Shown here in pieces: positions 16,467-27,108 of a stretch of DNA of 64,000 nucleotides. Each line of letters begins with the position of its first letter. Within the stretch, counting starts at the first letter, position 1. A program made the position numbers and the translations under genes. Origin of the DNA: a virus; the IMG/VR virus record IMGVR_UViG_3300010367_000168, positions 1 to 64,000 of that record; one strand, written 5' to 3'. Under the pieces are notes generated by a model, which saw only the letters and a program-made list of their open reading frames with translations, was not told where the DNA came from and searched no databases.

Positions 16467-17081
16467 ATGCCCTTCTTCCCGCCTTTCCCGTCTGCGGTTC
16501 GTGCGCAGGCGCAGGGCCTCCATGTTGTCGCATCGCTCTTCATCACGTTCGATTTCCTGACCACCCCGATCCGCGTTTGGGAGGGGGACGGTGAACTCGA
16601 ACGGGAGGGTGAGACGTGGCGTGGCGTCGGTTCCCGAGTGAACAACGACGGGAGCCCCCTGCAGTCGATCGATGGGCTGGAGGAGGCGATCAACGGGCAA
16701 GCCCCGCAACTGAGCCTCACGCTTTCCGGAGTGGATCAAACGGTCGTGGCCGCAGCCCGCGAGGATGTCGCGAACCAAGAGATCGAGGGCCGGGATCTGA
16801 CCGTGCAGATCGGGTTCTTCGACGCAAGCCAACCGGGCTTGGTCCCGCTAGATAATCTCCTGGTCCTTGGCGTTTGGGCCATGCAGAAGCCGAGTTTTAC
16901 GGCGACGGGCCCGAGCCTGCGGACGATCAATCTCCCCTGCGAGACCCTGTTCGCCCAGCGCAGCCGCGCGCCTTTCGGTCTCCTGACCGACCGCGATCAG
17001 CAGCGCCGCTTTCCGGGCGATCTGGCCTGCCAATTCCCGCCCTCTCTCGTGGATCGCGACGTGGCATGGCCGCGCCACTAG
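16467..17081 (+). CDS. minor tail protein (hub/L-like position)
   Basis: 204 aa following the distal tail gene. Called by synteny with lambda-like and GTA-like tail tips. Confidence 0.5.
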   Translation: MPFFPPFPSAVRAQAQGLHVVASLFITFDFLTTPIRVWEGDGELEREGETWRGVGSRVNNDGSPLQSIDGLEEAINGQAPQLSLTLSGVDQTVVAAAREDVANQEIEGRDLTVQIGFFDASQPGLVPLDNLLVLGVWAMQKPSFTATGPSLRTINLPCETLFAQRSRAPFGLLTDRDQQRRFPGDLACQFPPSLVDRDVAWPRH

Positions 17082-17491
17082 GCGCCGGGGGGCCGGCCTT
17101 CGACGCCGGCCTGGCGGACCATCTACGCATCGGCAACGAGACGCCCGTCGAGCTGGGCCGGTGCGACTGCTCGCTGTGGGTGGCCGATTGGGTTCGCAAG
17201 CGGGTCGGCATCGATCTCGCCGAGGACTTCCGCGGCAAATACCACACCCGCGCCGAGTATCTCCGGTTGCTGATCCCCATGGGTGGGCTCGTGCGGGTGA
17301 CGGCCCGGCGCATGGATGCCATCGGCGCCGAGATCATCCCCCCGAGCGACTGCCGGCCTGGAGACATCGGGGTCATCGCGACGAGCGACGGTCCGGCCCT
17401 GGCGATCTGCGGGCCGGATGGATGGCTCGCCAAAGTCGGCGACGAGCTGGCCGCGTCCGATCACGCGACCTTTGCCTGGAGGCTCCCGTAA
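17066..17491 (+). CDS. tail-tip NlpC/P60-like protein (lambda K position)
   Basis: The RCDCSLWVADWV segment resembles the catalytic Cys region of NlpC/P60-type tail peptidases. ATG 17066 lies inside a longer ORF. Confidence 0.4.
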   Translation: MAAPLGAGGPAFDAGLADHLRIGNETPVELGRCDCSLWVADWVRKRVGIDLAEDFRGKYHTRAEYLRLLIPMGGLVRVTARRMDAIGAEIIPPSDCRPGDIGVIATSDGPALAICGPDGWLAKVGDELAASDHATFAWRLP

Positions 17492-20400
17492 ATGCCGGTT
17501 GCGATTCCGCTTGCCCTCGGTGCCGCGGCGGCCGGGGCCGGCGTCGCTGGCGGTATCGCCGCTGGAGCGGCCAGCCTGACCTTCCTCGGCATCGGGGCCT
17601 GGGGCTGGGCCGCGATCAGCGTCGGCCTCACCGTGCTCGGGTCGGTGGCGCAGATGATGCTGTCGCCAACCCCGCCCAAGCCGCAGATGCAGGACGGCGA
17701 CGTTTCCGTCAAGCAGGCGATCCCGTCGCGTCGCCGCATCTACGGCCGGCAGCGGCTAGGTGGCGTATTTCTGTATTACGACTCCACCTCCGAGGGCGAT
17801 CTGAAGACGCTCGTTTGCCACGCGGCTCACGAGGTCGACGATTCGGTCATCGGGGCGCCGAACCCGGAGGAGCACTGGCTCAACGACGAACGCGTCCAGG
17901 TTGACGACAACGGGCAAGTAACCGACGACCCGTGGTGGCAAGAAGGCAGCGGGTTCGGTGGTGACGAGGGGCACAGCGTCGTCACGATCATCAGCTATCT
18001 CGGCGCGCCCAGCCAAGTCATCGCCCAGTTCGACGACAGATGGACCGCCGATCACAAGGGGCACGGGCTCAATTGTACTTACGTCGAGTACAATGATCTC
18101 AAGGACGAGGACCAGCTCAAGGTCTTTCCGCAGGGGCCGCCCCCCTATCGCGTCGTCCTCAGGGGAGCCAAGATCTTCGACCCTCGGGACCCGGCCCAGC
18201 ATGCCGGCACCGAGTCCGGCTACAAGTGGTCGGATAATGCCGCGCTCGTCGTCCTCGACTATCTGACCCGTACCGAGAACGGCATCCCTGTCGGGTTCGG
18301 GATCGCGTGGTCTCGGGTCGATACCGCCAGCTTCGCCACTGCCGCGGCAATCTGCGATCAGCTCATCCCGATCAAGGTCAACGGGGTGGTCGCGGGCGTT
18401 GAGAAGCGGTGGCGCTCCTGGGGAGGCTATGAGCTTACGGAGGACCGGAAGGACGTTCTGAAGGATCTGCTCGACGCCTGTGCTGGCCGGCTCATCCAGA
18501 CCCCGCAGGGCAAGATCGGGCTTTCTGTCGGCGCAGGACGCTATCGCACGCTGCCGGCTGACCCGTGGACCATCCCCAGCGGCGTCCCGGCCTCGTCGGT
18601 GACCTTGGGCGAGGACCAGCTCTTCGGGTGGGACCTGACCAACGGCAAGGCTGCGATCGAGCGCGTCAACGAGGTCCGCGCGACCTACGTATCCGAGGCC
18701 TGGGATTGGGCCGAGACCGAGGCAGGCATCCAAACCGATGACGCCGGGATCGACCGCAACGGAACGGAGAGCAGCCAGATCAAGCTCCGGTTCGTCCCGG
18801 CCGAGAGTCAGGCCCAGCGGGTCGCCCGCGAGGTACTGCGCCGCGGCAACCCGACTTGGATTGGAACCGTCCGCACCACGCTCGCCGGGCTCGATGCCTG
18901 GGGCGAGCGTTGGATCACGCTCGTCATCCCGGAGCTGCTGATCGACGGTCTCTTTGAGGTGACCGGGATGCGGTTGGACCGGACGACCATGATGGTCGAG
19001 ATCGACGTGTCCTCCTATGACGATTGGTGGGATTGGACCGCGACCGTCGACGAAAAGTTGCCGGCTGTCCCGCCACCCGAGGACGAGGACGAAGACGACA
19101 TCCCGATCCCGGATAACGTTGCCGTCGCCATCGTGCATCGGCCGATCAATGGCCAGACCGTCCAGGCAGTTGGCGTGATCACGTGGGACCCGCCTCCGAG
19201 GCCGATCTATACCGCCCGTGCTCGCTACCGCCCCGTCACGGTGCCCGTCTCGCCCTGGCAGTCGCTGCCGGTGGCGCAGGACGGCCTCCAGGTGGAAACC
19301 AACCCGCTCGCCGATGGCCAAGGCTACGAGGCGCAGGTTCGGTTCCTGGGGGCGCGCGGGGCGGGCGGCGATTTCTCGACTCCCCCGGTGTCGTTCACCG
19401 CCGTTGCCGATCCCGTGGCGCCGCCCTCTCCGACCGGTCTCACGGCCCAGCAGGGCGTGCCGACGTTGGGTTCGGTGACGGTCCAGGCGACCGCGCCGAA
19501 CTCGCCCAAGCATGCATCGCTGCGGTTCTATCGCAACTCGTCCAGCTCGTTTACCGGCGCGACCCTCATCGCCGGGCCGCTCTACTCAAGCCCCGGCTCT
19601 AGCCGCAGCTATGTCGACACGCCGGGCACTGGCGACTGGTGGTATTTCGCCACGAGCGCGAATTGGTCGAGCGTCGAGAGCCTCCCGACCCTGCCTGGCG
19701 TGCTGGCCGAGGTTCTCCCCGCGGCTCCGGTCATCACCACCACGCCTGCGACCATCGGCCAGACGAACCCGACCATCACTGGCACGTCCGCTGCGGGCGC
19801 GACGATCAAGGTATTCGCCAACGCCGTCCTCAACACCACGACGACCGCATCTGGCGCGGGCAGCTGGTCCGTCGCCCTGATCGCCCTCGGCAGCGGGGCG
19901 CAGACCATCACTGCAACCGCGACCGTCGCCGGCAATGAGAGCGCCGCCTCGGGCTCCGTGACGATGACTGTCGTCTGGTACGATCCGGACGCTTCGGTCC
20001 ATGCCGACTTCAAGGGCGGGCAGTACCGGCTCAACGGCTCGGCCTCGACGCTGGCCGGCATCTTCGATGTCCTCACCACGTCGGCACAGATCGTAACCCA
20101 TGCCAATGGGGCGCTGTCGTTCGTGCCCGCCAACTCCGCCCCGCTCTGCGACCGGGGGCTTGAGGTTTGGGAGAACAGAACCAACCGCTGCACCAATCGC
20201 AATGCGGCGCCGGTCGATCTAACCGGGGTCACTCTGAGCGGCGATGCTGCGGCGACGCTGACCCGCGTCGATGACAGCGCCAGCATGGGCTCGGGCTCGA
20301 TCCTCAACGCCCTGCTGACCGGCGGGGCGTTGAACGGGTTCGTCTACAAGCTGGACAACTCCATTGGGACCACCGACGCCTTCGCCACGATCAGCGGCAT

Positions 20401-21139
20401 CGTCGCCGTTGTCGGTGCCTGCCGTGGCTCCATCGTCTACCGGGGCTCCGCCGGACGCATTGAGATCGGCGGAGCGACTGCGGTCGCGTTCGCGGCCTCG
20501 ACCCCGTATTCGCGCGTGGGTGGGGGCAGGACGGCAGCCGCCACCACCGAGCAGATGCGCGTCGCTGCGCCGGCTGGCTCGGTGATCTTCTTCATTCTCA
20601 ACCAACTGGAAAACGGGTCGACCGATACGGCGCCGATCGTGGTGAATGCCGCCACCGCGTCGCGTAGCGCCCCTCTCATCCAGCACACGGCCGGCGTCGA
20701 CTTCAATGCCGTGGAGGGCTTCTTCGGAGCCCGCGCGAAGGTCGCCCCCGGCACCACCAACTCGGGTGTCGTCGTCGGGTCACTCCAGACCACGATTGCC
20801 GATGCGAACCTGATCCAGTTCAGCGCGGTTTCGGCAATGCGCGGCCTGACCCAGGTCGCCGCCGCGGCGACGGGTGTGGCATCGCAGTCGGTCACCGCGA
20901 CGAACATGACGACCGGCATCTACGGATACCGCGCCAACGACTTTGCGTTCGCTGCCAACGGCCTACCGGTGGTGACGGACACCTCTGGCGCGGTCCCCAC
21001 GGGAACGCCCGCAAAGATCACTGTGAGCCTCTCGGTCACGCCCCCGCTGAATGGGGTCATCGAGCAAGTCAAATGGGGCCTCGCGAGACCCGCGAACGCG
21101 CTCATCCAAGCCAAGAGCGGCTGGACGACCCTCTCCTAG
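17492..21139 (+). CDS. host specificity / central tail fibre protein (lambda J / GTA g15-like)
   Basis: 1215 aa. Gly/Ala-rich N-terminus, then SRRRIYGRQRLGGVFLYY, which is conserved in J-like proteins. Ig-like segment PVITTTPATIGQTNPTITGTS..ATIKVFAN. Confidence 0.8.
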   Translation: MPVAIPLALGAAAAGAGVAGGIAAGAASLTFLGIGAWGWAAISVGLTVLGSVAQMMLSPTPPKPQMQDGDVSVKQAIPSRRRIYGRQRLGGVFLYYDSTSEGDLKTLVCHAAHEVDDSVIGAPNPEEHWLNDERVQVDDNGQVTDDPWWQEGSGFGGDEGHSVVTIISYLGAPSQVIAQFDDRWTADHKGHGLNCTYVEYNDLKDEDQLKVFPQGPPPYRVVLRGAKIFDPRDPAQHAGTESGYKWSDNAALVVLDYLTRTENGIPVGFGIAWSRVDTASFATAAAICDQLIPIKVNGVVAGVEKRWRSWGGYELTEDRKDVLKDLLDACAGRLIQTPQGKIGLSVGAGRYRTLPADPWTIPSGVPASSVTLGEDQLFGWDLTNGKAAIERVNEVRATYVSEAWDWAETEAGIQTDDAGIDRNGTESSQIKLRFVPAESQAQRVAREVLRRGNPTWIGTVRTTLAGLDAWGERWITLVIPELLIDGLFEVTGMRLDRTTMMVEIDVSSYDDWWDWTATVDEKLPAVPPPEDEDEDDIPIPDNVAVAIVHRPINGQTVQAVGVITWDPPPRPIYTARARYRPVTVPVSPWQSLPVAQDGLQVETNPLADGQGYEAQVRFLGARGAGGDFSTPPVSFTAVADPVAPPSPTGLTAQQGVPTLGSVTVQATAPNSPKHASLRFYRNSSSSFTGATLIAGPLYSSPGSSRSYVDTPGTGDWWYFATSANWSSVESLPTLPGVLAEVLPAAPVITTTPATIGQTNPTITGTSAAGATIKVFANAVLNTTTTASGAGSWSVALIALGSGAQTITATATVAGNESAASGSVTMTVVWYDPDASVHADFKGGQYRLNGSASTLAGIFDVLTTSAQIVTHANGALSFVPANSAPLCDRGLEVWENRTNRCTNRNAAPVDLTGVTLSGDAAATLTRVDDSASMGSGSILNALLTGGALNGFVYKLDNSIGTTDAFATISGIVAVVGACRGSIVYRGSAGRIEIGGATAVAFAASTPYSRVGGGRTAAATTEQMRVAAPAGSVIFFILNQLENGSTDTAPIVVNAATASRSAPLIQHTAGVDFNAVEGFFGARAKVAPGTTNSGVVVGSLQTTIADANLIQFSAVSAMRGLTQVAAAATGVASQSVTATNMTTGIYGYRANDFAFAANGLPVVTDTSGAVPTGTPAKITVSLSVTPPLNGVIEQVKWGLARPANALIQAKSGWTTLS

Positions 21140-21193
21140 CCGATCCCCCAAGACCCGTTCCGACACCACCGTTCTTTGACGGAGCCCCCGATT

Positions 21194-24100
21194 ATGGCGA
21201 TCCCGAACGCTGACGAAATCTGGCGTGATCTCAATGCGGACGGGACCCCGCATGAGCCGATCAAAGACGAGATCCGGCGATACCTGAATTCCCTGTTTGT
21301 CGTTGCGTCGGCCAACGGGATGAAGACTTACCCCAACAAAGCAACGATGGACGCCGACACGAGCCAGCCTGTCGGCAAGCCCGCCCTCCTCTATGCCGAT
21401 CCTGTCCCGGCCAACAATTACCCGACCATTTGGACTTGGAGCGGGTCCGCGTGGATCGCGGGGGTCGATCGGATCAGCAGCCTTGCCGTCCAGGTCAACG
21501 CCAACGCGGGAGCGATTGCAGACGTGAACGCCGGTCTCATTCAGCAGCCGCAGCAGGCCAATTTTCAGTACCGCACGGGATACGTGCAGTCGTGGACGAC
21601 GATCACGAACCCCGCCACCCGGTGGACGATCTCGGAGACCGATGGGTCTTTCAAGATCGACACGACGGCGTCGCTACCGCAGCCCTGGCCGGTCGGCATC
21701 AAGCTCCCCTATGATCTGGTGCCCGGCGACGTGATCGAGGCCGAGTACAAGATCACGGCGGGAACGGTCGACGGCACGGTGGGACCGTACATCGGCACCG
21801 ACCCGGCGATCAGCGGCGACATCAGCACGGGTGCGATCCTCTACCACTGGCGCAATGCAGCCTCGGGCGGCGGCATCTATGGCCAGAACTACACGGGGAG
21901 CGGCGGCATCGTGGCGGGCTACGCAACGGTGCCCCAGGCCGGGACCGATGCACCTTCGGTTCCCTTCGTCCTGAATGACGTTCTGAAGATCATCGCCAAG
22001 GTGAAGGCCAATCGCAGCCTGACCATCGAGCTGTATGTCAACGGCACGTTGAAGATCACGCTGGATGCTCCGGGGGTGCTGCCGGTCGGCCGGGTGGTCG
22101 TCGGCCTCCTGCCGCCGGTTTCGGGCTCGGCCACCATCACCCACGTCAAGCGCACCGGCTTCATCGGCCAGACCGTCTATATCGACTCCCAGGCATCGAT
22201 CAGCGGCAACGGGTCCAACGGCGCTCCGGTGAAGACGTGGAGCGAGGCCGTTGCCATCGCCCAGGCAAACCGCCTGTCGGTCTGCGACGTGGTGATCCTG
22301 TCGGCGGAACTCCGCGGAGCGATCGTCGCGGACGACAAGCTGTTCTCGCGCTATCGCATCAGGGGGCGCGGCGGCTCGCAAACCAAGATCATTGCTGCCG
22401 ACTTCAGCCCGAACGATTGGCAGCTTCTTGGCGGGACCACTAAGGTTTGGTTCCGCCCGAACAAGAACGCTGCCGGTTCGCCGAATGTGACCCTGTCCGG
22501 CACGGTCTATTTCCCCGGCGTGCCGAGCCACCCGTATCCGTGGATCACGCTAGAGGATAGCTGGCTGCCGTATTTCACGGGAGTGCCTGCGGACCTGGAG
22601 GGGCAGGCCCAGGGTGGTCGCCGGGTGTCGGGCGGGAACCTGTATGTCCGCATGCCGGACAGCTTCGGCACGGCTCCGAACGCTACGACCATGGAGGTCA
22701 ACACCAGCGCGGCCGTTCTCTACTGCGTCGGCGCGCCGCAGCTCGAAGTCGAAAACATCGTCTTCTCGCGAGGCGGCAACGATGTCTTCTTTGCTGATCG
22801 CGCAACCGCAGTATTCCGGCATTGCCGTTTCGAATGGGGCGAAGTCAACGGTACGCAGGACTCGGCGGGCAACGTCTATTACTTCGATTGTGAGTGGCAC
22901 GGGGTCTCCAACGATCTCGCCGCACGCACCTTCCCGGTCGGCTACGCCGAAACCCTGCTGATGCTCCCGGTTTCGTATTTCAGCGGGTGCCGGATGTACG
23001 GGACGGTGCAGGGCGACGGCATCGCCCACCATGGCTCCACGGTCGCGATCAAGTCCCGGATGCGGGTTCATGATTGCGACATCTACGATTGCGCCAAAGA
23101 CGGCATCGTCCCGGCGTCCTGCGATTTCGAGATCAGCGGCTGCCGCATCCGGCGGTGCGCAAACGCTCAGATCGAGATCATCGGCGGCGGGACCGGCCCG
23201 TCCCTCCCGACCGGCATGTCCGCGAATGGGTCGATCACGGATTGCACGCTCGATCCCGCTGGGGTTGGCCTGTACGGCTTCCTTCAGTCCGGCGCGGCCG
23301 GCGGCAAGATCGCCACCACGATCGATCGGTGCCACTTCTCGACGCCGGTCAACGGCGAGTTGTGGGGCACCGTTTCGCCCGTGGCTGGCCGCACCTCGGT
23401 GCCGGCCGATTTCACCACCACGGTCATCGCCTCCACGTTCGAGCGGAACTCGTCGGAGCGGGTGATCCGCGACAATGGGGTGGTGACCTTCGATGTGAAC
23501 GATCCGCTCGGCGAGGTGCAGGACGTTCTCGGCCCGATTTCGGAAGTGATCATCCCCGATGGGGCGACGACCGTTGATGGGCTGAATTTCATCCTGCGCT
23601 TTTCCACCCCCGAGCCCAGCAACCGGCTTCTCGGCGGCATCACGGACCAGAGCCTTTTTGCCATGTTCAAGGGGTTCCTGCTCGCCGGGATCGGCGGCGG
23701 GACCCTGCGGCGCAGCGCGGACCCGGAAGTGATCTGCCAATGGGTCACGGCGAATGGCCGGGTCAAGATGCGCCTGCATTCGGACCCGGCTAAGGACATC
23801 ATTCCGGGCGGAGGCGGATCGTCGGGGGCATCCAACCCGCTCGGCGCGCAACTGGTGATGTATCCGGTCTACGGGCAAAGCCTGGGGGAGGGCGCCGAGG
23901 CGCTGCCCCCCATGTCCCTCGCCTCGACCGGGTCGAACGCCTTCAAGTTTGCGAGGGGCGTGCGTACGTTCAAGCTGGACGCCTGGGCCCTCAATCCGGC
24001 AGGGCGACCGGCGGCCGACTTCAACTTCGTCCCGCTGACCGAGCAGGTTGACGGCGCCACTGGCGAGACGATCGCCACCGCCTTTGCGGCGATGGTCAAG

Positions 24101-25450
24101 GAACTCGTCGTCGGGCCGTTCTCCCCCACCCCGCGCACGGGCGAACCCCAGATCCTCGTGACCTTCCCTGGACGGGGTGGCCGCCTGCTGGACGAGTTGT
24201 CCAAGGTCCCTGTCGTTCCCGATGGCGTCGGGGACTATTACGGAACGCTGATCGATGACGTTCGCCGCGCCAAGCAATACGCCATGGAAAATGGCATGTC
24301 GTTTGCCGTGGGCGGCATCATCTGGATGCAGGGCGAAGCCAACAATGGCCTGAACATCACTCGCGGCGGCCCGGTCCTCGCTTACTCCGACTTCATCGCT
24401 CAGTACTCCGCGGGCCTGATCGCGCTGGCGGACAATCTCGACGCTGATATCCGGGCGATCACGCAACAGAGCGGTCGCATCCCGTTCTTCACCTATTCCA
24501 CCGGGGGCGTTGTCTCCGCGCAGGCGCAGTACAGGGCCGCTGAAACGGCGCCCGCGAAAATCATCCCGGTCGGGCCGACCTACTACGTTCCGGGAGCCAG
24601 GAACAGCTATTACGGCTCCCCCCAGCAGCACGGGGCCGAACTCCACCTGGCCGCCGATGGGGAGCGTTGGTTCGGGTCGAACGTGGCCAAGGTGGTCTAT
24701 CGCAGCCGGGTGCTGCGGGAGCCGGCCGTGAGCCTCAAGCCGCTGTTCGCCAAGCGGATCGATGCGACCACGTTCGACGTGACGTTCTCGGTCCCGCGGC
24801 CTCCCATCCGGATCGATACCACGTTGCTGCCGCTGCAAGGGGCTGGAGCCGCAGGCTTCACGCTCTACAACGGCACTTATGCCGGCCTGGCGGCTGGGGT
24901 CTACCCGGCCGCAGGACCGGTGATCACGTCGGTCGCCGCGGTGGACGTGGACCGTCTGCGGTTCACGACCGGGAGCAATCTCCCGGCGGGGACGGTCTCA
25001 CTGACCTATGGACAGGACCCGAAGGTCTTCACCGTCCCGGCTCCGGTCGCGATCTGGCGGGATGGGGCTGTGCTGCCCAACGGGAACGCCTCGAAGGAGT
25101 TGGTTTTCGCGGGGTCGCATTCCGCGCTGTTCGCCAAGCTTCTGGAGGAAGGCGCGTTCATGGTCGATCGGCTGACCCCGACCCTCAACCGCAAGGCCTG
25201 GGTCGGACGGACGGTCACCGAAGCCGGCGGCCAGACGATCATCCGGGGTGAAGCCGGGGAAGTCACGGTCGGCTCGTTCGCCGCTGGCGACACCATCCAG
25301 ATCAGCCGACAGGGGCCTTACGGGAACGTCGCGGACAGCGACACGGCGATCTCGACCCTTTCCTTCGCGGATCACTCCTACGGCAGCCGGACGGGTCCCT
25401 ATCCGCTCGCAAACTGGCTGATCCCGTTTGCCGATCTCGTCCTGACCTAG
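21194..25450 (+). CDS. tailspike/tail fibre with parallel beta-helix and SASA/SGNH-like esterase domain
   Basis: Beta-helix style repeats (NIVFSRGGNDVFF, CRFEWGEVNG, DCDIYDCAKDGI, ISGCRIRRCANAQIEI). C-terminal YGQSLGEG and IIWMQGEAN resemble sialate-O-acetylesterase-type motifs. GGAG RBS before ATG 21194. Confidence 0.7.
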   Translation: MAIPNADEIWRDLNADGTPHEPIKDEIRRYLNSLFVVASANGMKTYPNKATMDADTSQPVGKPALLYADPVPANNYPTIWTWSGSAWIAGVDRISSLAVQVNANAGAIADVNAGLIQQPQQANFQYRTGYVQSWTTITNPATRWTISETDGSFKIDTTASLPQPWPVGIKLPYDLVPGDVIEAEYKITAGTVDGTVGPYIGTDPAISGDISTGAILYHWRNAASGGGIYGQNYTGSGGIVAGYATVPQAGTDAPSVPFVLNDVLKIIAKVKANRSLTIELYVNGTLKITLDAPGVLPVGRVVVGLLPPVSGSATITHVKRTGFIGQTVYIDSQASISGNGSNGAPVKTWSEAVAIAQANRLSVCDVVILSAELRGAIVADDKLFSRYRIRGRGGSQTKIIAADFSPNDWQLLGGTTKVWFRPNKNAAGSPNVTLSGTVYFPGVPSHPYPWITLEDSWLPYFTGVPADLEGQAQGGRRVSGGNLYVRMPDSFGTAPNATTMEVNTSAAVLYCVGAPQLEVENIVFSRGGNDVFFADRATAVFRHCRFEWGEVNGTQDSAGNVYYFDCEWHGVSNDLAARTFPVGYAETLLMLPVSYFSGCRMYGTVQGDGIAHHGSTVAIKSRMRVHDCDIYDCAKDGIVPASCDFEISGCRIRRCANAQIEIIGGGTGPSLPTGMSANGSITDCTLDPAGVGLYGFLQSGAAGGKIATTIDRCHFSTPVNGELWGTVSPVAGRTSVPADFTTTVIASTFERNSSERVIRDNGVVTFDVNDPLGEVQDVLGPISEVIIPDGATTVDGLNFILRFSTPEPSNRLLGGITDQSLFAMFKGFLLAGIGGGTLRRSADPEVICQWVTANGRVKMRLHSDPAKDIIPGGGGSSGASNPLGAQLVMYPVYGQSLGEGAEALPPMSLASTGSNAFKFARGVRTFKLDAWALNPAGRPAADFNFVPLTEQVDGATGETIATAFAAMVKELVVGPFSPTPRTGEPQILVTFPGRGGRLLDELSKVPVVPDGVGDYYGTLIDDVRRAKQYAMENGMSFAVGGIIWMQGEANNGLNITRGGPVLAYSDFIAQYSAGLIALADNLDADIRAITQQSGRIPFFTYSTGGVVSAQAQYRAAETAPAKIIPVGPTYYVPGARNSYYGSPQQHGAELHLAADGERWFGSNVAKVVYRSRVLREPAVSLKPLFAKRIDATTFDVTFSVPRPPIRIDTTLLPLQGAGAAGFTLYNGTYAGLAAGVYPAAGPVITSVAAVDVDRLRFTTGSNLPAGTVSLTYGQDPKVFTVPAPVAIWRDGAVLPNGNASKELVFAGSHSALFAKLLEEGAFMVDRLTPTLNRKAWVGRTVTEAGGQTIIRGEAGEVTVGSFAAGDTIQISRQGPYGNVADSDTAISTLSFADHSYGSRTGPYPLANWLIPFADLVLT

Positions 25451-25459
25451 GGGGTTTGA

Positions 25460-26260
25460 ATGGTGGATATCGTTACCTCGGCAACGTCCGACGATCCGAC
25501 GTTGCCCTTCGACGGCCCCCGCGGGTTTGCGTCCGCCGGGCTGACCGGCCTGTACTTCATCGACGGCAGCGACACCACGGCCAGCATCACCAATGCGGCC
25601 GGCGGTGGCGCTACGGCGGTTGTCCCCGCGGGTGGGGCGACCGCAGGCTGGTCCGCCGCGTCGCTGATGACCAATGGTGGCATCCAGCTTCGGGGCAACA
25701 CGATCCTGCCCGGACCGACGACGGATCTGACGTTGCCTTGGACCATGTTCATGCATGGCGCTGTCGGGCTCCCCACCGATCACGGGGTGACGACGTGGGT
25801 TTCCCCGGTCCTCTCGACCGACCAATACGTCAACCTCAAGGGCGTGATCATGTACGCGTCGATCGGGACCGCCTACCCGACGACCTCCACGCAACTCAAC
25901 CCCGCGATGCGGTGGACGAACAACGGGGCGCAGTCGGCGCCGGTTGTGATGGGCGCGCCGGTCGATCTCACCTATCTGGACCCGGTCACCTTCGCCTTCT
26001 CGTACAATGCGGGGTCGATCCGCACCCGCATTTTCCGCGGCGGGACGAAGATCCAAGACCTGTCCCAAGCCGTAACGATCGCGAATGTGGTGAACGGCAC
26101 GCCATCGCAGAAGCTGACCGTTTCCACCAATCAGACCAACTATGCCGAGGCCAACATCCTCTGCGAGGTGTTCGGCTGCTACGACCGGGCACTGTCGGAC
26201 AACGATCTGGTCACGACCGATCTGGTCGCGTCCGGCATCCGCTTGGCGCGCGGACGGTGA
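25460..26260 (+). CDS. tail fibre accessory / LamG-like jelly-roll candidate
   Basis: 266 aa and beta-rich. A C-terminal ..VFGCYDRALSDNDLV.. pattern is seen in concanavalin/LamG-like domains. Position after the tailspike. Confidence 0.4.
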   Translation: MVDIVTSATSDDPTLPFDGPRGFASAGLTGLYFIDGSDTTASITNAAGGGATAVVPAGGATAGWSAASLMTNGGIQLRGNTILPGPTTDLTLPWTMFMHGAVGLPTDHGVTTWVSPVLSTDQYVNLKGVIMYASIGTAYPTTSTQLNPAMRWTNNGAQSAPVVMGAPVDLTYLDPVTFAFSYNAGSIRTRIFRGGTKIQDLSQAVTIANVVNGTPSQKLTVSTNQTNYAEANILCEVFGCYDRALSDNDLVTTDLVASGIRLARGR

Positions 26261-26266
26261 TCCCGA

Positions 26267-26563
26267 ATGTCTGATTTCGGCGAGGGCCCAGGTCGCCGCT
26301 TTTCGGACCGGCCAGAGCTGCGCGACATCGTGCGCGAGATGCAGGAATTGAGCCGCCGCGTCACCGTCATCGAGACCAAACTGGACATCAAGCTCCAGCA
26401 GATCAGCACCGACATCGAAGGTCTGAAAGCCGATGTCGCGGAGTGTGCCACCAAGGAGCAGCTCAAGCCCGCGGTCTGGCTCTTGGGCATCATCGGCAGC
26501 TCCGGCGTGGGCGCCTTCGTGCTGACCTTGTGGAACATGGTCCTCAAGAAGGGCGGGAGCTGA
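26267..26563 (+). CDS. coiled-coil protein with C-terminal TM helix (lysis-cassette associated)
   Basis: AVWLLGIIGSSGVGAFVLTLWNMVL TM segment. Lies directly upstream of the endolysin region. Confidence 0.4.
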   Translation: MSDFGEGPGRRFSDRPELRDIVREMQELSRRVTVIETKLDIKLQQISTDIEGLKADVAECATKEQLKPAVWLLGIIGSSGVGAFVLTLWNMVLKKGGS

Positions 26564-27102
26564 TGACCATCCGGCACCGCCATTGGTTCAGGGAGCCGCT
26601 ATGGTGGCTCGCCTTCCTGATCGGAGCGCCGCTGTCGGTCGCTTTCGCATTGATGGTGTGGGCGCTGATCGACCGCTCGCCGCCTGTGATCTACCGGGGC
26701 CTCAATGCCGGTGCGTATGACCCGGCAACGCGGATCTTGTCGCTCCAATGGATCATCCAGCGTAACCGCTACTGCCCTGGGGAGCTGGTCCGCTCGATCG
26801 AGGCCCAGGTCGGCGGGACGATCAGTCTTCCATCGGTTGTCATCGACCCGGATGCAATGACGCGGGAAGTGAGGGCCGCTCGGCTCGGGACCACCTATGT
26901 CGGGGGCACCAACTTGATCGAAGTGCCGCCAACGGTCGGCGGCACCATCAAGCTCACGACGATCCCGCGGTTCGTTTGCTCACCGTTCCAGCTCTTCGCG
27001 CCAATCGAGGCGTCCGTGCCGCCCATCATCTTCACGATCCCTGATCCCGAGTCATGGACGGGCGGCGGCATGCCGGTCCAGGTGGGTCCGCTCCCGGAGT
27101 AG
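26563..27102 (+). CDS. N-terminally membrane-anchored protein (179 aa)
   Basis: ATG overlaps the upstream TGA. PLWWLAFLIGAPLSVAFALMVWALI TM segment. Function unknown. Confidence 0.4.
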   Translation: MTIRHRHWFREPLWWLAFLIGAPLSVAFALMVWALIDRSPPVIYRGLNAGAYDPATRILSLQWIIQRNRYCPGELVRSIEAQVGGTISLPSVVIDPDAMTREVRAARLGTTYVGGTNLIEVPPTVGGTIKLTTIPRFVCSPFQLFAPIEASVPPIIFTIPDPESWTGGGMPVQVGPLPE

Positions 27103-27108
27103 AACCCC

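Noticed and set aside
17492-26260. Diversity-generating retroelement targeting the tail fibre genes.
   Set aside because: No reverse transcriptase gene exists anywhere in the window, and no template/variable repeat pair was noticed.
26267-27102. A two-component spanin pair upstream of the endolysin.
   Set aside because: No lipobox-containing embedded or adjacent ORF was found, and there is no periplasmic coiled coil in the N-anchored protein. Left as membrane proteins of unknown role.
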